A stretch of DNA of 64,000 bases from Pseudomonadota bacterium (GCA_043818055.1 JBDRGF010000159.1:17623-81622); one strand, 5' to 3'; shown: positions 21,083-31,546, numbered from the stretch's first letter. Numbers and translations: made by a program. The notes: generated by a model not told the origin, from the sequence alone.

Positions 21083-22078
21083 TCATAACAAACCCTCTTT
21101 TCTAAGATTTTCAACTGTTTTGCTAATCGACTTTCTCCAATTGGTAATAGCGTACCCCAACTCTTTTATGGCCAATTCCGAAGAATAAAAAAGATTCTGC
21201 CGAATCATCTCTCCTACTATTTTAGTAATCGGTGTTTCTTTCTTCAGCAAATTAAAGATCAACTCAGCACCATACCCAAGCCAGGGCAGTATAAATCTCG
21301 GCAGTGGAATTTTAGGCGAAATTCCTCCGGTGGCATAGGCTATATCGCTAAAATATTCTTTAAAAGATATATTATCCCCACCTAAGATATATTTTTTTCC
21401 AGTAATACCCTTTTCATAGCATAGGAAAAGACCTCTTACTAAGTCATCTATATCTGTAAGGCAGACCCCGCCTGAAGGATATATTTTCATCTTACCTTGA
21501 GCAATAGCCTTAAAATTATCTAACTGAGTTCTCTTGATACCGTGCGATCCTATCACATTTCCGGGACAAACGATGATCGAGTCTAACCCCAAGCCAACCT
21601 CTCTAAGGACGGCCTGTTCTCCCAGATATTTTGTATAAGCGTAGGGATCTCTGTAGTTGTTAAAAACAAATTTTTCATCGGCCACTTCTCCATGTTCAGG
21701 GACACCTACAGCCGACACCGAACTGATATGGATCAGACGCAATCCTCCTTTTTCTCTGGTCATTCTCGCAACATTGCTGGCAACTGCAATGTTAATGATC
21801 TCCCTTAAACGTTGATCTCTTTTCAATGAAGAGCCACACGCGGCAAAATTATAAACAGCAACACACCCCTCCATGGCTTTAGCCAGCGCCATATTGTCAG
21901 TTAAATCTCCTTCAAAAGGAGTAAAAGAAAAACCGGTTAGGTTCTTCATTGAAGATGATTTCCGATGGAAGACAACAACCTCTACATCCTTTTCCTGTAA
22001 ATATCTGACTAAATTACTGCCAATAAATCCTGTCCCACCTATAAGTAGAATCCTATTATTATTTGTTTTTCTACCCAT
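21083..22078 (-). CDS. NAD-dependent epimerase/dehydratase (SDR family)
   Basis: ILLIGGTGFIGSNLVRYL and YAYTKYLGE YxxxK. Confidence 0.75.
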   Translation of the reverse strand: MGRKTNNNRILLIGGTGFIGSNLVRYLQEKDVEVVVFHRKSSSMKNLTGFSFTPFEGDLTDNMALAKAMEGCVAVYNFAACGSSLKRDQRLREIINIAVASNVARMTREKGGLRLIHISSVSAVGVPEHGEVADEKFVFNNYRDPYAYTKYLGEQAVLREVGLGLDSIIVCPGNVIGSHGIKRTQLDNFKAIAQGKMKIYPSGGVCLTDIDDLVRGLFLCYEKGITGKKYILGGDNISFKEYFSDIAYATGGISPKIPLPRFILPWLGYGAELIFNLLKKETPITKIVGEMIRQNLFYSSELAIKELGYAITNWRKSISKTVENLRKEGLL

Positions 22079-22086
22079 ATATATAT

Positions 22087-22866
22087 CTATCCCTTTATGC
22101 CTTTAATTATCATAATGGGTCTCCGCATAAAATCTGGGTTATCCATTCCAATCAAACTATCATCTTCTCTAAAAAGCTTTCTTCTATTTAGAAAGATAAA
22201 TGGTTTAATTACCAAAGATACAAACACTTTATAACACCACAGAATTAATGGTTGCTTCTTTTCTAATTTGAAGGATATGTTTTCAGAATATCTATTTTCC
22301 TCAGGTTCCGGTTTATAACCAAAAAATGTCTGCAATTTAATGATAAACATTCTTAATTGCACCAAAGATGGAATTGCTCTAATTAGTTTATATTCCTTTA
22401 TTTTCAGATTTTTTTTAACAGCCGTAATTATAAATTCTTTAGTTATTCGGCATCCATTTCCCGGGCCTAGAGGAACTAAAAGCAATAGCTCTCCATTTTT
22501 GGTCAGTAAATTGGCAAAGTTTTCTATTGCGGTTTCCGGATGCTCTATATGTTCAAGTGCAGAAAGATTAATTATTTTTGTAAAGGATAATTTGGACAAT
22601 CTCTTGGAATGTTCTCCAATACTGAGGTTGCCAAGGTGAGTATGAAGAAAAACCAGATTATTCAAGTTATATATCTCTTCATTTCTTTTTATTCTTAAAA
22701 TATCCCAATCAACACCGACCACATTAGCAACTTTCTTAGCAACCTGTGAGCCAATATAACCATCCCCACATCCCGCATCCATTATAATGTCATCTTTCTT
22801 GAATTCTATAAAATTGGGCAGAATTTTTAGTTTCCACAATACATCTAAATGATATTTTGATAACAT
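22087..22866 (-). CDS. Class I SAM-dependent methyltransferase
   Basis: IIMDAGCGDGYIGSQVAKK motif I. Confidence 0.7.
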   Translation of the reverse strand: MLSKYHLDVLWKLKILPNFIEFKKDDIIMDAGCGDGYIGSQVAKKVANVVGVDWDILRIKRNEEIYNLNNLVFLHTHLGNLSIGEHSKRLSKLSFTKIINLSALEHIEHPETAIENFANLLTKNGELLLLVPLGPGNGCRITKEFIITAVKKNLKIKEYKLIRAIPSLVQLRMFIIKLQTFFGYKPEPEENRYSENISFKLEKKQPLILWCYKVFVSLVIKPFIFLNRRKLFREDDSLIGMDNPDFMRRPIMIIKGIKG

Positions 22867-22891
22867 TTATCACCTCCAATAGCTCACAAGA

Positions 22892-24265
22892 TCACAGTTT
22901 TTCCGTCGTCCATTGGATATAATCCCTGATGGCGCCCCAATTCCTTGTTTTATAGAAGTATGTTAAGACGGATTTGACTCCAACATAAGATCTATAATGT
23001 TTAAACATTGCCCTTCTACAAAAATTATAGAGAACATTTTCGTCAAGATCTTTTCTATAGATAGAAAAATACGGATATTCTTTATCTGAGGTAAAATCAT
23101 ATTTATCCTTGCATCGTTCAAATAGTGTGCTTCCGGGCAATGTCCTCAATACCCCCCAGCTAAGAAAGTTTGCTCTGATTTCCTTTTGTAGCTGAAGGCC
23201 CATTTTTATATCTTCATCAGTTTCATCCGGGTTTCCCACCATAAAAAAAGCAAATGTCGTTATTTTAAGTTCATGGCACCACTTAAAGGCATTTCGTATA
23301 TGCTCTACGGTATAGCCTTTCCTCAATGACTTCAGAACCCTCGGCGAACCGGACTCCACGCCCAAAACTATAAAATACAAACCGGCCTTTTTCATTTTGA
23401 CCAATAGTTCCCTTGTTAAAAAATCTACCCTAGTGGTGCAGGTCCATGGCAGGTTAATTCTTTCTTTAATTAACAAATCACAAATATCAAAGGTTCTTTT
23501 TTCCAAAATGGTAAAATCATCGTCGAAAAACCTTATCTCTCTTATTGGAAGCCTCCCCTTCCAGTATTTTATCTCTTCGATAATCCGATCGGGCGACATT
23601 GATCTAAGGGTATTCTTAAAAACCGCTTTCGAACAAAAAATACATCTGCCCGGACAACCTCTTGTTGTAACCATTGTTAAGGGAATACCATACCACCCGT
23701 ATGGAGGATGAATTTTATATTTGCTCGAATCAACCTGTTCTAGGTCTGGGAATGGAAGGGTATCAAGATTCTCTATGTATTCCCGGGGGGGATTAATTAT
23801 TATCTCATCTCGTTTCCTAAAAGCAATGCCTTTTATATGATCTAACCTGTCTGATTTTAAAGATTCTACAACATCTACTATTGTATTCTCACCTTCTCCA
23901 ATCGCCACCAAATCAATGGAATCTATCTCTTGCAATACTTCCCTCGGAAGAGCTGAGGGATGCGAACCACCAACAATTATTTTTATTGTCGGAAACCATG
24001 ATTTTAATTTATTCGCCAATTCCTTAACAGTAACATATCTTCTGGTAAAAAAAGTAATCCCGATTAAGTCCGGATTATATTCCAATATCTTTTTTCTGAG
24101 CGCATAGTCTGATAATGGCTCAGCGCAAAGATCCAGTATCAACGCCTCATGATTATTAGCTTTCAGGAATGAGGATAAATACGACAGACTCAATGCTGGA
24201 AAAGGGATATTTGATTTTTCAGGCAAGGGATTTATTAATACGACTTTCATCTTATTCCTTTCCAT
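22892..24265 (-). CDS. B12-binding domain radical SAM enzyme
   Basis: TRGCPGRCIFC CxxxCxxC with an N-terminal B12-binding-like domain. Confidence 0.8.
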   Translation of the reverse strand: MERNKMKVVLINPLPEKSNIPFPALSLSYLSSFLKANNHEALILDLCAEPLSDYALRKKILEYNPDLIGITFFTRRYVTVKELANKLKSWFPTIKIIVGGSHPSALPREVLQEIDSIDLVAIGEGENTIVDVVESLKSDRLDHIKGIAFRKRDEIIINPPREYIENLDTLPFPDLEQVDSSKYKIHPPYGWYGIPLTMVTTRGCPGRCIFCSKAVFKNTLRSMSPDRIIEEIKYWKGRLPIREIRFFDDDFTILEKRTFDICDLLIKERINLPWTCTTRVDFLTRELLVKMKKAGLYFIVLGVESGSPRVLKSLRKGYTVEHIRNAFKWCHELKITTFAFFMVGNPDETDEDIKMGLQLQKEIRANFLSWGVLRTLPGSTLFERCKDKYDFTSDKEYPYFSIYRKDLDENVLYNFCRRAMFKHYRSYVGVKSVLTYFYKTRNWGAIRDYIQWTTEKL

Positions 24266-24270
24266 TAAAA

Positions 24271-25407
24271 TCAGAATAAATTATTCATTTTAATTTCATA
24301 CCCGATGTTTAATTTTTGCATGCATTGCCGACAAATATCGAATGTATTATAATTTTCCCCGGTTACAAATAAACCGCGGATTTTCTGTAATTTTCTACTA
24401 TTCCAGATATCAGATAAATTGTCTTCGTTTATATTTCCCAAAACCAATCCTTTCTCGATTTTGTGAGAGAAGGCTGTGCAACATATTGAAACATCTCCGT
24501 TTATATATACCGCCAGTTGCAACCATGGTGACATGCATAAGAAGCGCCGTCCCCTGGTGTACTTAAACCATGGAAGATAGTAGTCGGAATCCTTAAGCCG
24601 ATACCCTTTTATGGAATCCTTCTCCATTTTATTGACGCCATTTAACAAGCTGGGAAGACTGCTCTTGAGACCAATCTTTGAGGAAAGCTTCTCGGCCTTC
24701 CTTAAAGTGGCAATGATTTTTTCCAGATCATAATTCTCTCTGAACTCCCTTGCGGTTTCTTCTGTAAATTGTGAAAAGTTTACCGGAACAAAACTAACGA
24801 ATGAACTATTTAACTCTTTTGCCAGATAGACAAATGGGATAATGTCGTCTAAGTTGTTTTTCTGAATAACAAAATCCAGACGGCATATTTCTCTTTTAAC
24901 ATCAAGTTCCTTTCTAATCCTATCCAGTCGTCTGATATTACCTAATAATTGATCAAATCCATTGTTTTTCCGTATCTTTTCGTAGGTCTCCTTTGTCGCT
25001 GCATCCATGGAAAATTTGATTAAATTGATGCCATTTTTTATTAAATTGTATGCAGTTCTTTCGTCAAGCAATAGACCGTTTGTAGTTATGAATGATTTAG
25101 ATTTATTTTCGCTAGCTATCCTCACCAATTCGCAGATGTCCTTATTCATCAACGGTTCAGCGGAAATGCCACCGAATAACATCATTTTTGGCTTTATCTG
25201 CGAATACAGCTTTTCTAATGTCTTAATGCTGAGAAATTGCTTCTCAGATTGCTTAAAATATGATTGATTCCGATAACACATTTTACAGCTCAAATTGCAA
25301 ACATTAGATGTGTCTACATTCACCGCAATCGGTTGATTTAGAATCTTTTTATGTTTTAAAATCAGCGAAATGAAAGCCTTTATATATTCTGACATAAACC
25401 GTCCCAT
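24271..25407 (-). CDS. Radical SAM enzyme with SPASM/twitch C-terminal domain
   Basis: VDTSNVCNLSCKMC and C-terminal CMSPW...ICC...CRQC Cys-rich SPASM-like region. Confidence 0.8.
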   Translation of the reverse strand: MGRFMSEYIKAFISLILKHKKILNQPIAVNVDTSNVCNLSCKMCYRNQSYFKQSEKQFLSIKTLEKLYSQIKPKMMLFGGISAEPLMNKDICELVRIASENKSKSFITTNGLLLDERTAYNLIKNGINLIKFSMDAATKETYEKIRKNNGFDQLLGNIRRLDRIRKELDVKREICRLDFVIQKNNLDDIIPFVYLAKELNSSFVSFVPVNFSQFTEETAREFRENYDLEKIIATLRKAEKLSSKIGLKSSLPSLLNGVNKMEKDSIKGYRLKDSDYYLPWFKYTRGRRFLCMSPWLQLAVYINGDVSICCTAFSHKIEKGLVLGNINEDNLSDIWNSRKLQKIRGLFVTGENYNTFDICRQCMQKLNIGYEIKMNNLF

Positions 25408-25409
25408 AA

Positions 25410-26498
25410 TTATTCAATTGTTATTGAAGAAAACTTTCCTTTTTTTAATTTATTCGCTATTAACAAGGCTATTTTTTCAAACCTGTATCCTAGAAAGTTT
25501 GTAACTGCATCAGTCAAACTAAGCCTTATGCCCGAAGGAATACCTACTATAGGGGGAGTGCCCAAGACAATACAATTACCGCATAGTGGCAACAGATCAA
25601 GATAATCTCCATCGAGCATTGATTGTCTTAATTTAAGCATTTTATTGCTGTTCCAAATATCTATTAATTTGTTTTCCTTGATATTTCCTATAACATATTC
25701 ATGATTGGTATCATAAACACATGGCACAACATCGCCATTCCAGGTGATACATACTGTACTCCACAATCGCGAGCACGGCGGAAAAAAGCGGTCATGTTTT
25801 CTAGGGTTAAAGGTATCTACACCCTCAAAAGTGCTACCCCAGGTTGAAACCTCCCTTAAACGGACCTCATCAATAAGACCATTGAATTTTTTCAAAAAAA
25901 CCTCTTTTTCTTCTCCACTACAATCCCCTATTTCGAGCATTAAGATGGATAATACGGTATAGGGAGATTTTTTTTCTTTTCTCTTTTTCAATTCTAGGAA
26001 GTAAAAAATGTTATCAAGGGTTTTTTCAAAATCAGCACCGACCCTTGCCTTTTCATAGGTTTCCTTATTAAACCCGTCAAAAGCAAAGCTTATACTGGCT
26101 ATTCCGGAATACAATAACTGCTCCACCTTTTCCTTAGTCAAGAGGGTAGCATTTGTATTTAGCAAGATCTTTATGTCATTAGAACTTGCATATCTTACCA
26201 TATCGAAGAATTGAGGGTGAAGCAGAGACTCGCCCCCAACTGCCAGGATGATTGCAGATGTATAATCCTTAACCTCATCTATTATCTTCTTGAACAGACC
26301 ATAATCCATATAGCCCTTTTTAACACTTGTCATTCCAGTCCCCGTAGGACACATAATACATTTCAAGTTGCAATGGTTGGTTGGCTCTAACCAAATAAAA
26401 CTAGGGGGATTATCTAAATGCACCTTTTTCCTGTGATAATTTTTTAAGGCCCTTATATTATTGAATAGTATTTTAATTTTTTTTATCATATCTGACAT
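25410..26498 (-). CDS. Radical SAM enzyme with SPASM/twitch C-terminal domain
   Basis: EPTNHCNLKCIMC and C-terminal CSRLW...PC...CGNC. Paralog of the preceding gene. Confidence 0.8.
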   Translation of the reverse strand: MSDMIKKIKILFNNIRALKNYHRKKVHLDNPPSFIWLEPTNHCNLKCIMCPTGTGMTSVKKGYMDYGLFKKIIDEVKDYTSAIILAVGGESLLHPQFFDMVRYASSNDIKILLNTNATLLTKEKVEQLLYSGIASISFAFDGFNKETYEKARVGADFEKTLDNIFYFLELKKRKEKKSPYTVLSILMLEIGDCSGEEKEVFLKKFNGLIDEVRLREVSTWGSTFEGVDTFNPRKHDRFFPPCSRLWSTVCITWNGDVVPCVYDTNHEYVIGNIKENKLIDIWNSNKMLKLRQSMLDGDYLDLLPLCGNCIVLGTPPIVGIPSGIRLSLTDAVTNFLGYRFEKIALLIANKLKKGKFSSITIE

Positions 26499-26512
26499 TT
26501 ATTAATTACTAA

Positions 26513-27964
26513 CTAACCGCATATCCGATGGTTTATCATAGCTACTTTTAAAGCTTCAAAATAATTTGTATAGGACTTCTTGGTCTTTTGAGTATAAAGT
26601 TGTCTCAGCAATACATATGGACGAAAAACCAACATTTCTAAGAGGAAGAGGCTAAAGCGTGGATACGTGAATAGATTAAGGTTAGCATTCTTTTGCCCCA
26701 ACGAGAGAAACTTTGATCTATAGTATAATAATTCATTTCTCGATAGAGTTGACCGAAAATTGGGATTTTCCGTTAACGAAAACGATAGATCATCCAACAT
26801 CTCTCCATCTTGCTCATTATAGTAGGAAGTACCTGGCATAGGCATATAATAGTTTACTGTTACAAAAGTTGGTTTGACCTCTTTCAACAATTCTACGGTT
26901 TGGTCCATATCGCGTTTGGTCTCTCCAGGAAGGCCTATGATAAGAAATATATATGTATATATACCAGCGTCGTTGATAGCCTTGATTGCCGTTTTAACCT
27001 GTTCAATTGTAATCCCCTTATTCATATCAATAAGCATTCTTGGAGACCCAGATTCAACCCCTAGTGCCAATTGCATAAAGCCCGCTTCCTTCATCAATTT
27101 CAACGTTTCTTTTGAACCTACCTTATCTACTCTTGTCTGTGCATATATCTTCAATTTTATCTTCTCTTTTAATAGTCCTTCACAGAATTCCGTAACGCGT
27201 CTATCAGTGAAATAAAAGAGGTCGTCCAGAAGGACAAGTCCCTTAATCTTATATCTGTCTATCTGCCATTTGATCTCATCTATTATTTCGCCGATAGGCC
27301 TTTCGCGGTACACGTTCCTTATTGGCTCAGTACAAAACTTACATCTAAATGGACATCCTCTATTGGCCATCAGAAAACCCGTCTTGATGAAATGCCCAGG
27401 TATACCACCCAGCTTGATATTTGTATAGTGAACATAGTCCACTAAATCAACTGCGGGATATAAAAGATTATAGAGATCCTTCGGTTCTCTTCGAGATGTT
27501 TGGAAAACCTTCCGTTCTTTCAAGAAGGCAATGCCTTTTATGTCTTCCAATGTCTTACTTGAATCATAAGCATTTATGAGTTCAACCGCTGTTTCTTCAC
27601 CTTCGCCAATTACTACCACATCGGCTGAATAGCTTAGATATTTTTCAGGTGAAAAAGAGGGGTCTTTTCCACCGCATATGATGATTTTATCCTTGGTAGT
27701 CTCTCTTACCTTTTTTATTATCCTTGAGGCAACCTTTCTATTCCAACTTATGACTCCTAAACCAATGAAATCGGGATCAAAAATGTAGAGCTCCTCCCAC
27801 AATTTCTTATTTTTTCGGGTATTAAAATCTTCATCGATAAATTCGATTATCTTCACCTCATGTTGTGCTCTTCTAAGATAACTAGCTACATATAGTAAAC
27901 CCAAGGCAGGACGCCATCCTTTTCTAGGATTTATAAGTAATATTTTCTTTCTCATATTATACAA
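26513..27964 (-). CDS. B12-binding domain radical SAM enzyme
   Basis: NRGCPFRCKFC CxxxCxxC with an N-terminal B12-binding-like domain. Confidence 0.8.
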   Translation of the reverse strand: MYNMRKKILLINPRKGWRPALGLLYVASYLRRAQHEVKIIEFIDEDFNTRKNKKLWEELYIFDPDFIGLGVISWNRKVASRIIKKVRETTKDKIIICGGKDPSFSPEKYLSYSADVVVIGEGEETAVELINAYDSSKTLEDIKGIAFLKERKVFQTSRREPKDLYNLLYPAVDLVDYVHYTNIKLGGIPGHFIKTGFLMANRGCPFRCKFCTEPIRNVYRERPIGEIIDEIKWQIDRYKIKGLVLLDDLFYFTDRRVTEFCEGLLKEKIKLKIYAQTRVDKVGSKETLKLMKEAGFMQLALGVESGSPRMLIDMNKGITIEQVKTAIKAINDAGIYTYIFLIIGLPGETKRDMDQTVELLKEVKPTFVTVNYYMPMPGTSYYNEQDGEMLDDLSFSLTENPNFRSTLSRNELLYYRSKFLSLGQKNANLNLFTYPRFSLFLLEMLVFRPYVLLRQLYTQKTKKSYTNYFEALKVAMINHRICG

Positions 27965-28967
27965 CCTGTTTTATCCGCAAGAAATCGCATCTTCTGCAGA
28001 AGTCAAATTCTTCCTGGTGTTTCCTGAGATAATTGAATTTCTCACCACACCATACTTCTCTTATGTCCTTTTCCAGCATGTTGCCCATATTTAGTTCTTT
28101 AGAAAAACAACAAGGATAGACATCGCCATTTTGAGCAATAAATACGAAATCTTGAAATCTGTAACAATATGTATCGAGTCTTAGAAGAAACTTGAAATAC
28201 TTGTAAAAAAACCCTTTCCATCCATCGAATATTTGATCTTGGAGATAGTCAATTCTTATCTTGTATCTCTTTCTTAACCTAGCAAATTCATTAAATATCT
28301 CTCTTTCTTCTATCAAGTTAGGCCGTTTCATGTCAGGGACAAACCTTAAATCAACGCGAACGACATTGATCCTATCAACACAATTTTCAGCACCCCACTT
28401 GATTATCTCATAAACATCTTGCACTTTATCGCTAAACAGAATGGGCTGAAGCGTAACTCTTGGTGTTAAAGAACCCAGTTCCTTTTTCATCTCAATCAAT
28501 CTTTTTATGTTCCTTAGCGCTTTTACATTTGGATGGGATATTTCACTGTTTTCCTTCAGACTTTCAATGGAAAACGAAATCCAGTCCAGTTTTGACCGAA
28601 TTACTTTCTCCATCTTCTCTTCATCTTCTAACAACAAACCATTTGTCGTTATCTGAACTTCCAAACCTCTTTCCTTACAGTATCTTATGGCCTCATAAAA
28701 TCTAGGGTATGTTAATGTTTCTCCAATTCCCACCAAAATCACAGTCTTTACCGCTTCAAGTCTATCTACCACTTTCTTGAATAACTCGTAATCCATATGA
28801 GTTCGTTCGATATCAATATAATTTCTGATGCACATCTTACAATCTAAATTACAACAATTGGTAATACATATCTGTGCAAAACGAGGTGAGCTCTCTGGTA
28901 TATGCAAGATTTTCCTTATCGCTGTAGAGATAAAGCTTCTACTCATATTAATAAACAAGCCTCTCAT
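27957..28967 (-). CDS. Radical SAM enzyme with SPASM/twitch C-terminal domain
   Basis: ICITNCCNLDCKMC and C-terminal PCC...CRRCDF. Confidence 0.75.
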   Translation of the reverse strand: MRGLFINMSRSFISTAIRKILHIPESSPRFAQICITNCCNLDCKMCIRNYIDIERTHMDYELFKKVVDRLEAVKTVILVGIGETLTYPRFYEAIRYCKERGLEVQITTNGLLLEDEEKMEKVIRSKLDWISFSIESLKENSEISHPNVKALRNIKRLIEMKKELGSLTPRVTLQPILFSDKVQDVYEIIKWGAENCVDRINVVRVDLRFVPDMKRPNLIEEREIFNEFARLRKRYKIRIDYLQDQIFDGWKGFFYKYFKFLLRLDTYCYRFQDFVFIAQNGDVYPCCFSKELNMGNMLEKDIREVWCGEKFNYLRKHQEEFDFCRRCDFLRIKQVV

Positions 28968-30012
28968 CTAAATTCTCCTGACTTTGCTGGGCACGCTTGA
29001 TTAGCTCTTTATTAAAGATATAATAAAGATAGCTAATGAACGCTACAAAAATTAAAGACGCCTCACCAAGTATTCTCGAAACCACTACAAAAATCCCAGC
29101 CTCAGGCGCATTAACACCCATCAATACCAAAACCCCAAACCAACTGACATCAAGTGATCCAAGAGCCCCTGGAATAAATGTTGCAATAATTATGACCTGA
29201 ACCACGGCAGAGCCTAATAAGATATAGTAAAAAGGGATGTTGATCTGTAAAGCTAAAATAATAATATAAACCCGTAATGTTATGCATAATTGTTTCAAAC
29301 AGGAGTAAAAAAATAATCTAATGGCAATACTTCTACTAAATGGGTTGAGTTTTTCGGACATTATAGAATTGTTCTGAAACCTTCTTTTGAAAAAGAAAAC
29401 CTTGGAAACGATCTTAAGTAAAAACCTATAAACCCGTATTATCAATCCGAATATCATTCCATTTTTATAAACAATCAAACCAAACAATGAGAGGATCGAC
29501 ACAACAATAAATGTAACCGAGGCCTCTAAAGATAAAATGTCAACAAAAAAAAGCAATGATGGGATAACCAGTAAAATGAGTATTAATAAATCAAATAATT
29601 GTTCGATAAAGATTGCCAGTACCCCTTTGTCTGCTGGTATTTTATGTAATAACTTCATGGAAATAGTTTTAAGGCCATAATTTCCACTTTGTGGTATTAT
29701 AGTATTCAATATCATAGCTATTGCACAATTGTATAAAAAATAACCTTTGGGGATTTTACTAATGTCCACTAAATTATTTAAAATCATTTTCCATTTTAAA
29801 CCTGAAATACTAAGAATGAAAAAATTTGTAATTACTATAGCAATGAGATAATAATATTTAATATTACGAAGATTATTTATAACCATTTTTGGTGAAATGC
29901 CGGCGAGCCTTATCATCAAGACAATCAAAAAAAAACCCAGAACAGCTAAAGATGAATTAATGATAATTTTATAATGTTGTTTAAAAAAAATTTTACCTGA
30001 AATTAATTTCAT
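28948..30012 (-). CDS. UPF0104 / lysyl-PG-synthase-TM-like 'flippase-like' membrane protein
   Basis: 354 aa with about 8 TM segments and the N-terminal pattern typical of the YbhN/UPF0104 family. Confidence 0.5.
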   Translation of the reverse strand: MKLISGKIFFKQHYKIIINSSLAVLGFFLIVLMIRLAGISPKMVINNLRNIKYYYLIAIVITNFFILSISGLKWKMILNNLVDISKIPKGYFLYNCAIAMILNTIIPQSGNYGLKTISMKLLHKIPADKGVLAIFIEQLFDLLILILLVIPSLLFFVDILSLEASVTFIVVSILSLFGLIVYKNGMIFGLIIRVYRFLLKIVSKVFFFKRRFQNNSIMSEKLNPFSRSIAIRLFFYSCLKQLCITLRVYIIILALQINIPFYYILLGSAVVQVIIIATFIPGALGSLDVSWFGVLVLMGVNAPEAGIFVVVSRILGEASLIFVAFISYLYYIFNKELIKRAQQSQENLDERLVY

Positions 30013-30041
30013 TCTTTATCCCCATCTCAACACCTATCCAA

Positions 30042-31301
30042 TCACTTGTTCAACCTCATTCTGAAAAAATCTTTTACACTGCTGGCAATGTAGCGAATGT
30101 CTTTTTCAGTCAAGCTGGGATGGCAAGGCAAGTAGATAATTTTGCCGTTAAGCTTACTGGCATTAGGAAAAACACTGTTAACATAAGGTTGAAAACGCTT
30201 CATCTGAGTGATATCTTCGGCCGATTCATCTTGGGCATCAATTTTGTTTTTTAGAAGATATTCTTGAAGGTCTTTTTTTCTTTCCGTCCAAATAGCATAG
30301 TGGACACAAACATGTTCTCTATCGGTTGGATCGGATGGGATATGAAGCTCTTTGATACTTTTTAGTTCATTATTTAGAATTTTGAGATACTCTCGACGCC
30401 GTTGATTAGTTGAGTCAATCGTCATAATCTGGCGCAGTCCCATCCTTGCCTGAATACTATACATATCTATCTTGAAATCTTCTGGGACGCCGTTGTAGTA
30501 AGGTTTTTTGATTCGAAACCACGAAGCAAACCTTTCATCTTCTTCTATCTGATATCTGTAACTAAGTGGAAAGAGAGTAAATCTATGTATCAAAGGCGTA
30601 TTGAGAAATTTGAGCAAGCAGCCTTTGAAAATACCATGGTAAAGATTCTTCACCGAAATAGTTTTGAAGTCTCGTTTCAACTCACGTAGTCGTTCAATAA
30701 AGATTTGGTCGTTGGAAGTGACCATGCCTCCACCAAATCCGTAAAAGGATTTTCCGTATCCAAAACTGAAAGCACCAATGTCAAAAGAACCAACTCGCCT
30801 ATCCTGAAACCGGCTACCACAAGAGCGAGCACAGTCTTCAATAACACGGAGATTATACTTCCGAGCTACATCCATAACAGCCTTTATATCGGCAGGAAGA
30901 CCGTTAAGATGCGCGAGCAAAATGACTCGGGTTTTGGAGGTGATAGCATTTTCTATTTTTGAGCTATCAATATTCAATGTTTCAAAGTCAACATCAACAA
31001 ATATTGGCTTCAATCCGGCCAAGAGAACCACAGCTGCATCCACCCAAAAGGTAAATGCAGGAAGAATAACCTCATCACCATCCTCTAAATTCAAGGCCTT
31101 AAGGCAAAAGTAGAGCGCGCTGCGGCATTTTGGAAAGGCTACTGCTTCTCTGGTGCCAATAAATCGGGCGTAGGCCCTTTCAAATTCAGATAACAATAAC
31201 CGACCCCCGGCCATAGATGGATTGAGAACGCGAAACAGGGCTGACATTACCTCGACTGTTTTAAGATCAACCCAGACCCTAGGATATGCCTTAAACATCA
31301 T
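30042..31301 (-). CDS. DegT/DnrJ/EryC1/StrS-family PLP-dependent aminotransferase (second copy)
   Basis: DVARKYNLRVIEDCARSCGSRFQDRRVGSFDIGAFSFGYGKSF covers the lysine-bearing region. Confidence 0.8.
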   Translation of the reverse strand: MMFKAYPRVWVDLKTVEVMSALFRVLNPSMAGGRLLLSEFERAYARFIGTREAVAFPKCRSALYFCLKALNLEDGDEVILPAFTFWVDAAVVLLAGLKPIFVDVDFETLNIDSSKIENAITSKTRVILLAHLNGLPADIKAVMDVARKYNLRVIEDCARSCGSRFQDRRVGSFDIGAFSFGYGKSFYGFGGGMVTSNDQIFIERLRELKRDFKTISVKNLYHGIFKGCLLKFLNTPLIHRFTLFPLSYRYQIEEDERFASWFRIKKPYYNGVPEDFKIDMYSIQARMGLRQIMTIDSTNQRRREYLKILNNELKSIKELHIPSDPTDREHVCVHYAIWTERKKDLQEYLLKNKIDAQDESAEDITQMKRFQPYVNSVFPNASKLNGKIIYLPCHPSLTEKDIRYIASSVKDFFRMRLNK

Positions 31302-31423
31302 TCACCAACCATTTCTTCACATTTCTGATAATAAAATTGTCCCAAATCCAGACCCTTCTCTTCCATTTACGGTTTATCAATCAATATACCATCACGCTAT
31401 TTTACTCTCCAACAACCTATCTA

Positions 31424-31546
31424 TTACACCATGTGATATATCACGTACTTCCGTGCCGCTTCTGCTGACATTACCAATCTAGATTCGATTTCTTCGACCA
31501 CTTGCCGTTTAAACCCTTTCTCAAATTTCCTTCTCGTCACTCCCAT
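31424..31546 (-). pseudogene. Remnant of an IS3-family transposase orfA (N-terminal HTH only)
   Basis: A 40-aa ORF MGVTRRKFEKGFKRQVVEEIESRLVMSAEAARKY resembles the IS3/IS911 OrfA N-terminus, and no remainder of the IS is present. Confidence 0.4.
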
